From positions 32,001 through 96,000 of IMG/VR virus record IMGVR_UViG_3300014205_000181: 64,000 bases of DNA. One strand, 5' to 3'. The notes under the pieces are model-generated. The model worked only from the letters and a program-made list of their open reading frames with translations, was not told the origin of the DNA and ran no database searches. Origin of the DNA: a virus (Duplodnaviria; Caudoviricetes). Positions 38,956 to 48,743 of this stretch are shown here, piece after piece; position 1 is the first letter of the stretch, and each line of letters opens with the position of its first letter. The position numbers were made by a program, and so were the translations under genes.

Positions 38956-39114
38956 ATGAATAAAAATATTTGTTTAATTTACTTAGTTATGTTCCTATTT
39001 TGCACAAGCTGCACAGTTAATTATGTTTGCCAGTCATCAAATGTAGATATAGATGCTAGAAAAGATATACAGGTAACTGATCCTTCTACCACTATAGGAT
39101 TACCTGTATTATGA
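38956..39114 (+). CDS. Small predicted lipoprotein (52 aa)
   Basis: MNKNICLIYLVMFLFCTSC lipobox-like signal; GGAGG RBS; follows the endolysin. Confidence 0.5.
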   Translation: MNKNICLIYLVMFLFCTSCTVNYVCQSSNVDIDARKDIQVTDPSTTIGLPVL

Positions 39115-39515
39115 TACAATATAAAAGTGGCTTTAAGTACCAACTACACAATACTTATACTATAAACTTTCCATGGTTGACGGAACATCTTAATTACGAA
39201 GCAGACTTTCTTAAAATAAGTGGGGCAATGCTTATTATAGAAGCTGGATATGCTTGGGATGGGCCTAGCGGTCCAACTTGGGATAGTAAAAGTTCTATGA
39301 GGGCAAGCCTCATTCATGATGCACTATATCAATTAATGCGTATAGGTATTTTACCAGAAAAATGCAGAGAACAAGCAGATGATGTTTTGTATGATATTTG
39401 CATTGAAGATGGGATGTTCAAGCCTAGGGCCTGGATTTGGTATAAGGCTGTTAGACTGATGGCAAGTGATATGGCTAAGAATGGTACGGAAAGAGAAATT
39501 CATATAGCACCATAG
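39111..39515 (+). CDS. DUF1353-like protein
   Basis: GYAWDGPS, ASLIHDALY, AD, AVR. Confidence 0.7.
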   Translation: MIQYKSGFKYQLHNTYTINFPWLTEHLNYEADFLKISGAMLIIEAGYAWDGPSGPTWDSKSSMRASLIHDALYQLMRIGILPEKCREQADDVLYDICIEDGMFKPRAWIWYKAVRLMASDMAKNGTEREIHIAP

Positions 39516-39530
39516 AAACACATTAATTTA

Positions 39531-39575
39531 TAAAAATACCCCTATTAATTACTTAAATTAATAGGGGTATTTTTA
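39531..39575. terminator. Bidirectional intrinsic terminator between the convergent arms
   Basis: AAAAATACCCCTATTAATT / AATTAATAGGGGTATTTTT perfect inverted repeat. Confidence 0.9.
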
Positions 39576-39836
39576 TTCTTCGACTATTGCTACTCCATTA
39601 ACATGTTCATCTATCTCAATCGGGATGTCTCCCCATAGTGGTAATTTGTTTTCATCGTATTTAATAGGAACTTGCTTCCCCCAAATATATGCCTCCCTAT
39701 TTTTAATTATTCCCTTATTTTCTTCTAATATTTCAAGATACATTTGCGGAGATAAAAATATCTTCTTTACTCCTCCGTCTTCTCTATATCTTTCAATAAT
39801 TTTACGAATCCATTGTGTGTTATTTTCTTCCCGCAT
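39573..39836 (-). CDS. Hypothetical protein
   Basis: Translated product reads from the - strand and ends at the terminator. Confidence 0.5.
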   Translation of the reverse strand: MREENNTQWIRKIIERYREDGGVKKIFLSPQMYLEILEENKGIIKNREAYIWGKQVPIKYDENKLPLWGDIPIEIDEHVNGVAIVEE

Positions 39837-40435
39837 TCTTTAAAACTCGCTCTCATTATACATCTAATTATAAAAGAAACATCATTAGATTTTATTTTTA
39901 ATTTCTTACACTTTCTGATTGTCTTTATAAATAATTCTCTTGCCTCTGGGTCTTGAAAATCATAGATCCTATCTACAGAGAAGATTATTTTCTTAATTTC
40001 CCTGTCTCTATCTGCTACTCTTGTCTTCTCCTTTTTTAATTTTCTATATAATTGAACTTTTGTAATCTTCTTTCTTATTTTATTTGCTTTCTTTTCAGAA
40101 TCCCTCCTTATGGACTCTAAATTTCTTGGTCTGTTTTTAATTGTTGGCCTTGTAAAATCGATAATATCAGCAAGAATTTCCTTATTCACCAGTGCTTGAA
40201 TCCAATCATCAATGTCTTCCTGCGAAGAGAGGATGATCACTCCAGCATATACAACAGGAAACCCGTATATTGTTATTAGCCTTTTTCTTTGGTTCATCTG
40301 GTTGAAATGAATTGAATATTTTTCAACCAAGTATTCGTGTATTTGTTTAATTCCTTTTAATATATGTTTTCTAGGTTTTTCTATTACTTCTTCCGTTTGT
40401 TCTTGCATTTTGTTACCCACATTTAGAAATGCCAC
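39767..40435 (-). CDS. Basic hypothetical protein, possibly DNA-binding
   Basis: Lys/Arg-rich ORF. Confidence 0.5.
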   Translation of the reverse strand: MAFLNVGNKMQEQTEEVIEKPRKHILKGIKQIHEYLVEKYSIHFNQMNQRKRLITIYGFPVVYAGVIILSSQEDIDDWIQALVNKEILADIIDFTRPTIKNRPRNLESIRRDSEKKANKIRKKITKVQLYRKLKKEKTRVADRDREIKKIIFSVDRIYDFQDPEARELFIKTIRKCKKLKIKSNDVSFIIRCIMRASFKECGKKITHNGFVKLLKDIEKTEE

Positions 40436-43400
40436 AAGAAGAACACTTTTCGCACCCTTCTACCTTGATTATTTTACCACCGCACTCATGGCAAGGTTTT
40501 TCATGTTCATATAGATATTGTTTAATATAAGTTTTCAACACTCTATTCACAACTGCTGCAAAATCTGTAATATCCCCGCTTGACTTTTTTAATTGCTTAA
40601 CAATAAATTCGTAATGAACTCCATGGCGCAATGCTAACGAAACCATTCTAGTCAAAGCCCGTTGATCCGAATCCATTAATGTGTGGGCTATATCGTCAAA
40701 TTTAACCTTAGAATTCCTGATTTGAATAGTTAAGGAATATAAACCATTCTTTTCCTTTGCGATCACCCCAGACTTGCAAGTTTTGGGAATGTATAGATCG
40801 TTCAATTCCCCAGCAAATAATTCATATGGCATGTTGTTAAACAATCCTACAGCGACAACCCATGGGACTCCCTTAATTGTACAATGATGGATATCTGCTT
40901 CTAATTCTTTTGGTCTTTTCGGAGAAAGGTTAAATTTTACCCCATCTGGTCTTTCTTCATTCATTTTTGTTTTTGCCGCTGAATTGTAGAGAACCTGTTC
41001 GTCTCTTGATCCGTCACGATAAACAGTAACACCCTTACAACCTAATTCCCATGCCATGCGATAAACACGGTCTACATCTTCCACTGTTGCTGTAGACGGC
41101 ATATTAATCGTCTTTGAGATAGACGAGTCCACATATTTTTGCATTTCTGCTTGCATTAAAATATGGTCTTCTGGGGAAATATCATTAGCCCCTTTGAAGA
41201 TGTTTTTTAAGCTATCCGGTACTTCTGGGATATTGATTGTTCCGGCTTCTTTCACTTTATTAATGATTGCAGATGCTTCTTCTGTGGTATAAGATTCCAA
41301 TAGTTTTTTCTCAAACCATTTATTTACTAATACAAGTTTTTTGCCATCTAATACATGTTTCATTGTGATAACTGAGTAGTAAGGTTCGACCCCACTGGAA
41401 CAGTCGCATATCATTGATAGAGTGTTGTGGCTAATGAATGAATTTGCGACATATGTGTTATTTTGTGGAACTTCTATATCTAATGTCATAGATGCGGAAT
41501 CTTCTATGGACATTATTTCGTCAAAAAACAAATCCATCCCTATTGTATCACAAAATTCCTTTTTAAGTCTGTCATTCCCCTTGATGTATCTATATTTATC
41601 TTTTCCAAAGCCCACCGACCCAAACCCCTTTTTATACACCCTATACATTATTCTGTCGCCAAAACTGGAAGGATCAGATTCCTTATCATAAGGTTTAATA
41701 TATGTATTAGTTCCCAATGCCCTCAGGCATATTGCTAAATCGAGAGCCATATTCTTTGAACAAGTATCTATGTATTCTGTATTTCCAGTTTTTGATCCGT
41801 CTCCTAACCAATATCCATGGATAAACGATTCAATGCTTTTAACAGAAGACATTCTCACTTTTAAAGGTATTGATACTAAATGGGCCTTGGGTTTCAGAAT
41901 TTCATTCATCTCTAAAAACTTAACAAATGGGATAGAATTAATGCATATACTCATGCAAGTTCCAGAATCATCATCTGTAGCATCAATGTTTATCGTATTC
42001 TTTATCAGCAGTTTGATTTCTGAAATTAGTTTTGATTCTTTTCTATCAATGTGTATCCTTATCCCCTTACCATGGACACTTCCATCGGCATAGATCAACC
42101 CTAGAAGGGTGGCGAATTCAGGAGTTATCTCATTGGGGAAAGATATCTCTTTATTCGCGCTAGTGTTGAATTTAATCCCATCACTCGTAAGTTGCTCGTT
42201 GGCTGTTTTGGCATACCCCCCTATTTTTGAGGCTAAAAAGTCTCCGGCCTTTAAATTATCTGCTCTTTCCCAATAGTATGTCTTTTCCTCAAAGTCATAT
42301 ATCCTATATTGATGATTAAATGTGCTTTCAAGTTCCATGCCCGTTTTTGTTAATATTTTTTTTGTCGGTTGCTCTCCATTGACATACCCCTTTGTTGCTT
42401 TAGTTTTTATATTTTCTTGGGGTACTTCATATTCTATTGGTTGCCATTTTTCTCCTTTTTCATTTACAATTTCGCCTAATTTAAGAATCCCTTTGTCTGT
42501 TATCACTAATGTAGATGGAGATTGGCAACCAGTAGGCGCAATTGTAGTAAGGTTGGCGTTTCTCCGCTTGGGACATCCTTCAACCCATCCTTTGTAAACA
42601 CCTTCTTTTTCACCTAATTCAACGCTCATTTCATTGCTTTTTTCTGCAATGAATCTCATAACGCCCCCAGCGAATTCTCTCCCGTCTTCTGAATCATAAC
42701 ATAAACCCATTTGGATAAGAAGGTCATGCAATCCCATAAGCCCGATGCCGATTTTTCTGGTTCTTTCTAACGCTTCTTGGCATTCAGGGATGGGCATTAA
42801 TGTCATGTCTAATACTCTATTCTTGAACAAAGTTGCAATTTTTATAACTTTTTCAAGCCTATCCAAATCTACTTTCCCATTTTTTATAAAATTTCCGACA
42901 TTAATCGAACCTAAAGAACACGATTCGTAAAATAAAAGCCACTGTTCGCCGCAAGGATTTGTTGTCTTTAATCTGCCAAGGTGTGGGACTGTATTTGCTC
43001 TTTCTGCTGTATCTCCAAATAAAACTCCAGGTTCCGCACTTTTCCATGCTTTCTGGCACAACAAATCCCATAGTTCTTTTTCCTTCCCGTCTTCGTCAAT
43101 CTTATTCATGAAATCATCTGATAGCAGAACGGATAAATTGTAATTGGTCAGCTTGTCTTTTTGTTCTTTGTAACGAATAAAATCAAGGATGTCTGCATGG
43201 GAAGCATCCAAAATCCCCATATTCGCACCCTTGCGCCTCCCGCCTTGTTTGATGGTATTAGTGCTGGTATCTTGCACCTCCATAAAGGACAATGGCCCAG
43301 AAGCCACTCCTTTAGTTGAATTTACGCTTGCGTTCTTCGCTCTGAGATTTGAGTAGTTAGCCCCTACCCCCCCACCACTTTTAGAAATCTTAGCAGCATC

Positions 43401-43670
43401 AGCATAGAACTTGTAGATTGAATCAATAGAGTCTTCAATAGGCAAAACAAAACAGGCAGAGAATGAATTAATCGATGTGCCTGCATTCATCAACGCTGGT
43501 GAATTGGGGAGAAAATCGCCATTGAACATTACATCAAAAAATGATTTCTTTTCTTCTTCTGTTTTTCCAAAGAAATTAGATACCCGATTACATAAATCAC
43601 TCCATGTGTTTTCGTCTGGTAGGTAGTATCTTTTTTTAAGCACAACTTCTGCCGTTCCAGTTAATTCCAT
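40413..43670 (-). CDS. nrdJ: Class II (B12-dependent) ribonucleotide reductase containing an intein
   Basis: FLPNSPALMNAG, SACFV, QGGRRKGANM, TTNPCGE, TIAPTG|TLS, KGVTVYRDGSR, C-terminal CxxC pairs. Confidence 0.92.
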   Translation of the reverse strand: MELTGTAEVVLKKRYYLPDENTWSDLCNRVSNFFGKTEEEKKSFFDVMFNGDFLPNSPALMNAGTSINSFSACFVLPIEDSIDSIYKFYADAAKISKSGGGVGANYSNLRAKNASVNSTKGVASGPLSFMEVQDTSTNTIKQGGRRKGANMGILDASHADILDFIRYKEQKDKLTNYNLSVLLSDDFMNKIDEDGKEKELWDLLCQKAWKSAEPGVLFGDTAERANTVPHLGRLKTTNPCGEQWLLFYESCSLGSINVGNFIKNGKVDLDRLEKVIKIATLFKNRVLDMTLMPIPECQEALERTRKIGIGLMGLHDLLIQMGLCYDSEDGREFAGGVMRFIAEKSNEMSVELGEKEGVYKGWVEGCPKRRNANLTTIAPTGCQSPSTLVITDKGILKLGEIVNEKGEKWQPIEYEVPQENIKTKATKGYVNGEQPTKKILTKTGMELESTFNHQYRIYDFEEKTYYWERADNLKAGDFLASKIGGYAKTANEQLTSDGIKFNTSANKEISFPNEITPEFATLLGLIYADGSVHGKGIRIHIDRKESKLISEIKLLIKNTINIDATDDDSGTCMSICINSIPFVKFLEMNEILKPKAHLVSIPLKVRMSSVKSIESFIHGYWLGDGSKTGNTEYIDTCSKNMALDLAICLRALGTNTYIKPYDKESDPSSFGDRIMYRVYKKGFGSVGFGKDKYRYIKGNDRLKKEFCDTIGMDLFFDEIMSIEDSASMTLDIEVPQNNTYVANSFISHNTLSMICDCSSGVEPYYSVITMKHVLDGKKLVLVNKWFEKKLLESYTTEEASAIINKVKEAGTINIPEVPDSLKNIFKGANDISPEDHILMQAEMQKYVDSSISKTINMPSTATVEDVDRVYRMAWELGCKGVTVYRDGSRDEQVLYNSAAKTKMNEERPDGVKFNLSPKRPKELEADIHHCTIKGVPWVVAVGLFNNMPYELFAGELNDLYIPKTCKSGVIAKEKNGLYSLTIQIRNSKVKFDDIAHTLMDSDQRALTRMVSLALRHGVHYEFIVKQLKKSSGDITDFAAVVNRVLKTYIKQYLYEHEKPCHECGGKIIKVEGCEKCSSCGISKCG
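41424..42527 (-). mobile_element. Intein with LAGLIDADG endonuclease (368 aa) inside nrdJ
   Basis: Starts CQSPSTLV after APTG; ends YVANSFISHN before Thr; LLGLIYADGS and FIHGYWLGDGS. Confidence 0.92.
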
Positions 43671-43691
43671 CTCTTCTCCTACTGTAGAGTT

Positions 43692-43724
43692 AATAAAAGG
43701 GAGGTAGCTTGCGCCGACTCCCTT
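43692..43724 (-). terminator. Terminator/attenuator-like hairpin between dut and nrdJ
   Basis: AAGGGAG…GCAA loop…CTCCCTT followed by TTATT on the - strand. Confidence 0.5.
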
Positions 43725-43754
43725 GGTGATTGCTGATTATTTTAGACTAAACGA

Positions 43755-44192
43755 TTACTTTACTCCTGTGCTCCCAATACCATTCTCTCCTCTATCTGTA
43801 GACTTAATTTCATCAACTTCTTCTAACACTACATGAGGTTTCATAGAAATTTTACCTTGTGCAATCCTATCACCCTTAGAAATTTCAAATGGGTAAATCC
43901 CGGTATTCGATAAAATTACTTTAATTTCTCCGATAAAACCGGCGTCCGCACACCCAGGACTGTTTGTTACAAAGACACCATGCTTTGCCGCTAACCCAGA
44001 CCTCGATCTAATTTGTAATTCATATCCTACAGGAATATCAAAAATCATACCAGTAGGGACAATTACTGGTGGTTTATTCGGGTAAATAGTTTCATCAATA
44101 GCTGATACGAAATCAAAACAACAATCAGTTTCGTAGTTGTATTTTAAATCAGGGAGTGTTTTATCTAGTTTTTTATAATGAAGAAAGACCAC
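43755..44192 (-). CDS. dut: Trimeric dUTPase
   Basis: QIRSRSGLA, NSPG, GDRIAQ, RGENGIGSTG. Confidence 0.92.
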   Translation of the reverse strand: MVFLHYKKLDKTLPDLKYNYETDCCFDFVSAIDETIYPNKPPVIVPTGMIFDIPVGYELQIRSRSGLAAKHGVFVTNSPGCADAGFIGEIKVILSNTGIYPFEISKGDRIAQGKISMKPHVVLEEVDEIKSTDRGENGIGSTGVK

Positions 44193-44205
44193 CTTTATTA
44201 TCTCC

Positions 44206-44232
44206 TTATCGGTATTTTGTTTAAAATCTTTA
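44206..44232 (-). promoter_or_regulatory. Sigma28-like promoter TAAAGATT-N11-ACCGATAA upstream of dut
   Basis: Intergenic, canonical spacing, coding strand. Confidence 0.6.
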
Positions 44233-44253
44233 AATATTTCTTACTAATTCAGA

Positions 44254-44793
44254 TTAAATTGAAACAATATTAAACGGCCCTCTTACTCCACCAGAAAAAT
44301 ATTCTGCTGATTTTAATGCCTGAATTACTCTTACTTCTGGATCAATTATATCTTCTTTCGTTGCATAAAGAGCACCTAATGCAAAACTTTCACCACATCC
44401 ACAAGCATTAAATTTATCAATTATTTTACCTACCTGGAAATCAGATTCTATTTTATATAGATTTTTATTATAGCCTAATAGAAATACCCCTCCTTGAACT
44501 TCGTTGTTATTGATTGTTGCGTAACCGTTATCCTTAAAACATTTAATTAACTCATCAATAAAGTTTGAACAAAGGTATTCGTAATCATCAATTCTTGGAT
44601 CATGGTCTGGAATTTTTAGTTTATAACGGATTAACTGCCCCATTCTGAAAGAAGACGTAAACCCAAAAATCATATTATTTTTCTTAAATACTTTCTCATC
44701 TGTTCTAATGCACACATCAAATCCAGTTACTCCTGCTGAATCTCCACCAATATATACTTTGCCTTTATCAACCAGGCCTGCGATACATGTCAT
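44254..44793 (-). CDS. Ntn-hydrolase (HslV / proteasome beta-like) protein
   Basis: M-T-CIAG N-terminal Thr, GGDS, KVF, GCGESFALGAL. Confidence 0.75.
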   Translation of the reverse strand: MTCIAGLVDKGKVYIGGDSAGVTGFDVCIRTDEKVFKKNNMIFGFTSSFRMGQLIRYKLKIPDHDPRIDDYEYLCSNFIDELIKCFKDNGYATINNNEVQGGVFLLGYNKNLYKIESDFQVGKIIDKFNACGCGESFALGALYATKEDIIDPEVRVIQALKSAEYFSGGVRGPFNIVSI

Positions 44794-44801
44794 GCTTTCT
44801 C

Positions 44802-45377
44802 CTATCTCTTTAAAAAGTCTAAAATTTCAGTATAGTTTCTTTTAAATCTAATGTATTTTGATACATTGTTGATATCGTCTTTAATTATTTCAATACTTGA
44901 CCAAGAATTTAGATTGTTATTCGTGAATACAATCCCATATTGGTAATTAGATTCACAATGCTTTACAATAGTATGTGGATTATCATCAATTAATATTCCG
45001 TCTCTAGTGACTTTGTGCTTTTCTGATTCATGGATGACATTGATATCACCAAAGAACCTTTTAATATTATCATCTTTCGCTTCTTCTGTTCCGGGCCAGG
45101 AATGCGTTATGATGGATACATTGTATTGTTCTCTTAGTTCAGTTACAAAGTCAATTGCTCCTTCTAATGGTTTGATATTTGAATAAATATCTGGGTTCTT
45201 CCAGAAATCGTTGGCTTCTTTACCAAATGTTTCTTCTATCCAATCCCAATGCTTAATATGTTGTACCGTGATATTTGCTTGGTATCGGGTGTTGATGTAC
45301 TTTACCCATTCATGTGCTAGATTGTTTAAAGTACTATCAAAGTCAAGATAAATCATTAGATAATCTTCATTATTCAT
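44802..45377 (-). CDS. HAD-family 5'(3')-deoxyribonucleotidase
   Basis: IYLDFDSTL, ILIDDNP; start trimmed to remove the overlap with the GIY-YIG gene. Confidence 0.8.
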   Translation of the reverse strand: MNNEDYLMIYLDFDSTLNNLAHEWVKYINTRYQANITVQHIKHWDWIEETFGKEANDFWKNPDIYSNIKPLEGAIDFVTELREQYNVSIITHSWPGTEEAKDDNIKRFFGDINVIHESEKHKVTRDGILIDDNPHTIVKHCESNYQYGIVFTNNNLNSWSSIEIIKDDINNVSKYIRFKRNYTEILDFLKR

Positions 45378-46128
45378 ACCAAAAGACAAGGCCTTTTGTT
45401 GTCTTCTTTCTCTCATGTAAAACATCACAAATCCCATGAGAAGTAGTATTTGTATCAATATTTGCTTCATAAATACTCAAATAAGTTTTCCCATTATCGC
45501 ATCCGATCTTTCTTCCTTTCATTTTGCTTCTTCCAGATTTCTTTTTAGTCTCTTCTGAATGTGTTCTCCCGTAAAAACCGTTATTGCCTCCGCTTAATGC
45601 TTCGCTTATTTTCTTTTTAGTCTCTTCTGATAATGTTTTGCCATACATGGGATTGTTTTCACCACTTAGAGAAATAGACTGTTTTCTTTTTGTTTCTTCA
45701 GATACTATTTTATTCTTAGAGGATAAAGAAAGCCTTTCACGATGTTGTTCAGAGAAAATTTTGCCATACATGGGATTGTTTTCTCCACTTAATGCTTCTC
45801 TTATTTTCTCCTTTGTCTCCTCACTTCGGAAATGCCCTTGCCCACCACCGGAAGTAAGATTATATCCGTTTGGGACCATTGTTTTTAATTCTTGAATCCA
45901 AGATATTTCTCTTTCATCCAGCTCCACAATTTCACATTCTTCTAAAATAGAAAAGTCAAAGTTTTCTATTCCGTATTTGTTGATCGAGTTATAGATTGGA
46001 TAATTTTTATTCTTTACGGTTGTTATATGTCTTTTCCATCTTCTTTTAACATTTGTACTTTGGCCAACATATAACTTGTTGTTTATTTTATTTTTTATTA
46101 AGTATATCCCAATTATTTCCCTCTTCAT
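45370..46128 (-). CDS. GIY-YIG homing endonuclease with NUMOD3 repeats
   Basis: GIYLIKN…YVGQS, GYNLTSGG, repeated SGENNPMYGK..SEETKKKIS. Confidence 0.9.
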   Translation of the reverse strand: MKREIIGIYLIKNKINNKLYVGQSTNVKRRWKRHITTVKNKNYPIYNSINKYGIENFDFSILEECEIVELDEREISWIQELKTMVPNGYNLTSGGGQGHFRSEETKEKIREALSGENNPMYGKIFSEQHRERLSLSSKNKIVSEETKRKQSISLSGENNPMYGKTLSEETKKKISEALSGGNNGFYGRTHSEETKKKSGRSKMKGRKIGCDNGKTYLSIYEANIDTNTTSHGICDVLHERKKTTKGLVFWYE

Positions 46129-46148
46129 TTAATCTCCTTAAATAATCT

Positions 46149-46697
46149 TTATCTTTTAATTTTTGCAATTTCTTCGTCCTCAATTCCTTTAAATCTCCTC
46201 ACTTTGTAATTGCCGCAAGGTTTGGGTTCTGGGCAGATAAATCCCCTATATATGCAATTTGGAACCATATAATATGCAAGGTCAGGATCAATCGATTTCA
46301 TTTCTTCACGTAAAGCTAATACAACATCCCGAGTCTCTTTGCTTGCTTTATAGCATAATCTCTTCCTGGCGATATGAAGGATTGATTCAGCATTCGCAAT
46401 AAGTCTATGATTTACTGGAGTGAACCGATCCTCTGTCCCATCTCCACCACGATCAATTCTCTTAGACCTTACGAATGGTGTAGTAGTAACATGCCTGACT
46501 AAATGGACGCTTACGAATGTTGGAATATTAATTAATTGGACTGAAAATATTTGGCTCCTCGTAATTGAATGTTCCCATGAATATATTTGTTTCAATGTTG
46601 ATTTAGCTACAAATTCAGCCCCCATTGTAGATTCTATACAAGAATGAGCCTCTTCAATATCAGTATGCTTAGTGATAATTACCTTAAAGTCATCCAT
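46149..46697 (-). CDS. thyX: ThyX-like flavin-dependent thymidylate synthase
   Basis: EHS, VHLVRH, KRLC, VPNCIYRG; nucleotide-metabolism context; short and divergent. Confidence 0.6.
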   Translation of the reverse strand: MDDFKVIITKHTDIEEAHSCIESTMGAEFVAKSTLKQIYSWEHSITRSQIFSVQLINIPTFVSVHLVRHVTTTPFVRSKRIDRGGDGTEDRFTPVNHRLIANAESILHIARKRLCYKASKETRDVVLALREEMKSIDPDLAYYMVPNCIYRGFICPEPKPCGNYKVRRFKGIEDEEIAKIKR

Positions 46698-46932
46698 TGT
46701 TATTTCCTAATTTACTTTTAATATCGTCTAATTCTTCCCATGTGAAAAGAAGTTCATCATTAAAATACATACCACTTTCTTTAAACCCAATTTCTTGGTA
46801 ATTATGAATTATTTCCTCGTAGTCGTACCATACGCCAAACTCATTTATAATTTGTTCTCCTTTACTCATTTCAATAAACTCCTCATGGCAAGCTGGAATC
46901 CACTCCAAGATTTTATTAATAGCAAATGCCAT
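46690..46932 (-). CDS. Hypothetical protein
   Basis: Coupled ORF. Confidence 0.45.
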   Translation of the reverse strand: MAFAINKILEWIPACHEEFIEMSKGEQIINEFGVWYDYEEIIHNYQEIGFKESGMYFNDELLFTWEELDDIKSKLGNNNG

Positions 46933-46941
46933 TTTACAAAA

Positions 46942-47145
46942 TTACTTTCCATATTGTGTACTCTTAAAAGCCGCTCCTTTCTTATTCTTAAACTTCGACG
47001 CTTGACGTTTCGTAACAGGTACTTCCGCTTTCGAACAAGCATTCTTAAATTTGTCGGACTCAAACACATTTTTATTCTCCGCTTGTTTTTCTTTTGCTGT
47101 AGTATCAAGATTTGGTCCAGTTACTCTTACCCATGATTTACTCAT
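46942..47145 (-). CDS. Small basic hypothetical protein
   Basis: GGAG RBS; TKRQASKF. Confidence 0.55.
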   Translation of the reverse strand: MSKSWVRVTGPNLDTTAKEKQAENKNVFESDKFKNACSKAEVPVTKRQASKFKNKKGAAFKSTQYGK

Positions 47146-47146
47146 T

Positions 47147-47695
47147 TTATTCTCCTTTGTTAAATAAATTATGTACTAATTGTTTAGCACTTTCTTCTAA
47201 TTGTTCTAAAGTTCTATTATTTTCAACTCGTAAATCATAATTAAAATCGTTTACATTTTGGTCTGCATGGTTATTTGCTGTTTCGTGTTGATCCCTCTCT
47301 ATAAAGATTGTTATTGTTTCTGGGTAGCGTTCTTTAAATCTAGAAATTTCATTTGGCTCTCTAATCATATAGATAATTGCTTCTTCTGGTTTTAATGAAT
47401 CGGCATTATCGCACATCATCTTAAAGGGATGATCTAGCCACTCAGAACTCCAATCCTTCAGCGAGGATAACATGTCCCTATTATATTCTGTCTTATTTCC
47501 GTCCCATCCCATAAGAGTAGCGCATTCCTTAACGACCTCTACGCTTGAAACTAAAGCGCCACAAATATTATAATTATCTAAGTGCTTAATTAAAAAATTA
47601 GCAAACGTATCTTTTCCACTTCTGGGGTATGAATTTATGATTATGAGATTTTTCTTTGTGTTTATCACTTCTCTATATCCTATAAAATTATCCAT
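47147..47695 (-). CDS. dNMP kinase-like P-loop protein
   Basis: YPRSGKDT, IREPNEI, YDLRVENN. Confidence 0.65.
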   Translation of the reverse strand: MDNFIGYREVINTKKNLIIINSYPRSGKDTFANFLIKHLDNYNICGALVSSVEVVKECATLMGWDGNKTEYNRDMLSSLKDWSSEWLDHPFKMMCDNADSLKPEEAIIYMIREPNEISRFKERYPETITIFIERDQHETANNHADQNVNDFNYDLRVENNRTLEQLEESAKQLVHNLFNKGE

Positions 47696-47698
47696 TCA

Positions 47699-48546
47699 TT
47701 AACATCCTTTATGTTCGTGGTGTTCTACACAGCAAAGTAATTGATGACTCATGTCGTCTGCCATTCCAGGATCTAAGCTCACCATAATATTGTGGTGTAA
47801 TGCTAAATCTTTTGAATCGAATCGCTTCCCGCACTTTTCACAATAATTATAACCGAATTCATCTATTTGAAGGTCTAGTAATGCTTTTCTATTAATATGT
47901 TGATTACATCTAGCCCGCCTCCTAACATTTCTTAACAATTTAGGGGTTGTTTGTGCCCTATAAGTGTCGCAACTATATTTACATCCATTGGAGCAATAAA
48001 AGTTTAGTTCTGTGCCTGGGGATTTTTTATTAAGTTTTTCAATTGCGGCTATCCTCCCAGATAATTGATCTCTTGTTGGCTTCATCCACCCATGACATTC
48101 GGAATATTTACAACGTACCAAAATACCCAATCCGTTGGGGTCGTCCATTATATCTTCAACTTGACAGAATATAGGATGTCTTTCTTGGTAGTCTTTAACT
48201 TGCATCGTCTGCCTTTCTATCGTAGTCTCTGTTTTATAGCAACCACAAGATGTTGTCTTCCCTCCCCTTAGGCTCGCTAAAGTATATTCTCTAATTGTTT
48301 TATTAGGGCAAGAGCATTGATCCAGCATTTTCCTATCTTCGCTCTTCCATCTTTCAACTTCGGACAATACAGTCAGCCTACCAAATATATGCCCAGTATA
48401 ATCAATGCCGGAGTTGAAATTTGTTTCTATTACTCTTTCTTTATTATAGCAACCACAAGATTGAGAACGCCCTCTTTTCAAGTCACCGTGCCAGACTTCC
48501 CTCCTCGTTTTATTTGTTAATCAGCAAATATAATTTTAGCTGGCAC
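47699..48546 (-). pseudogene. HNH endonuclease with a disrupted N-terminus
   Basis: RBS plus GTG at 48546 stops after 9 codons; repeat-unit homology (NKTRREV…LKRGRSQSCGC) continues in another frame upstream of the TTG at 48481. Confidence 0.6.
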
Positions 48547-48731
48547 TATTCCTCCTTCGGTCTATATCCATCCATGTAAGCTGTAATTAATTTTGCTATT
48601 GGTTTGGGAATGATAACCTCGTTTCTAATATAACCATGAATGGTCCTTTCTCCGATTCCTAATCTATTTGCCAATTCCCTCTTATTCCATCCTATTTTCT
48701 TCCTAACGTTCTCAAATTCTTGGTAATCCAT
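48546..48731 (-). CDS. XRE-type HTH protein
   Basis: RKKIGWNKRELANRLGIGERTI. Confidence 0.8.
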   Translation of the reverse strand: MDYQEFENVRKKIGWNKRELANRLGIGERTIHGYIRNEVIIPKPIAKLITAYMDGYRPKEE

Positions 48732-48743
48732 ATTACCTCCTTA

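Noticed and set aside
45590-45830. Direct repeats (TTTTGCCATACATGGGATTGTTTTC)
   Set aside because: Coding NUMOD3 repeats of the GIY-YIG protein, not a CRISPR array. I saw no CRISPR array in the window.
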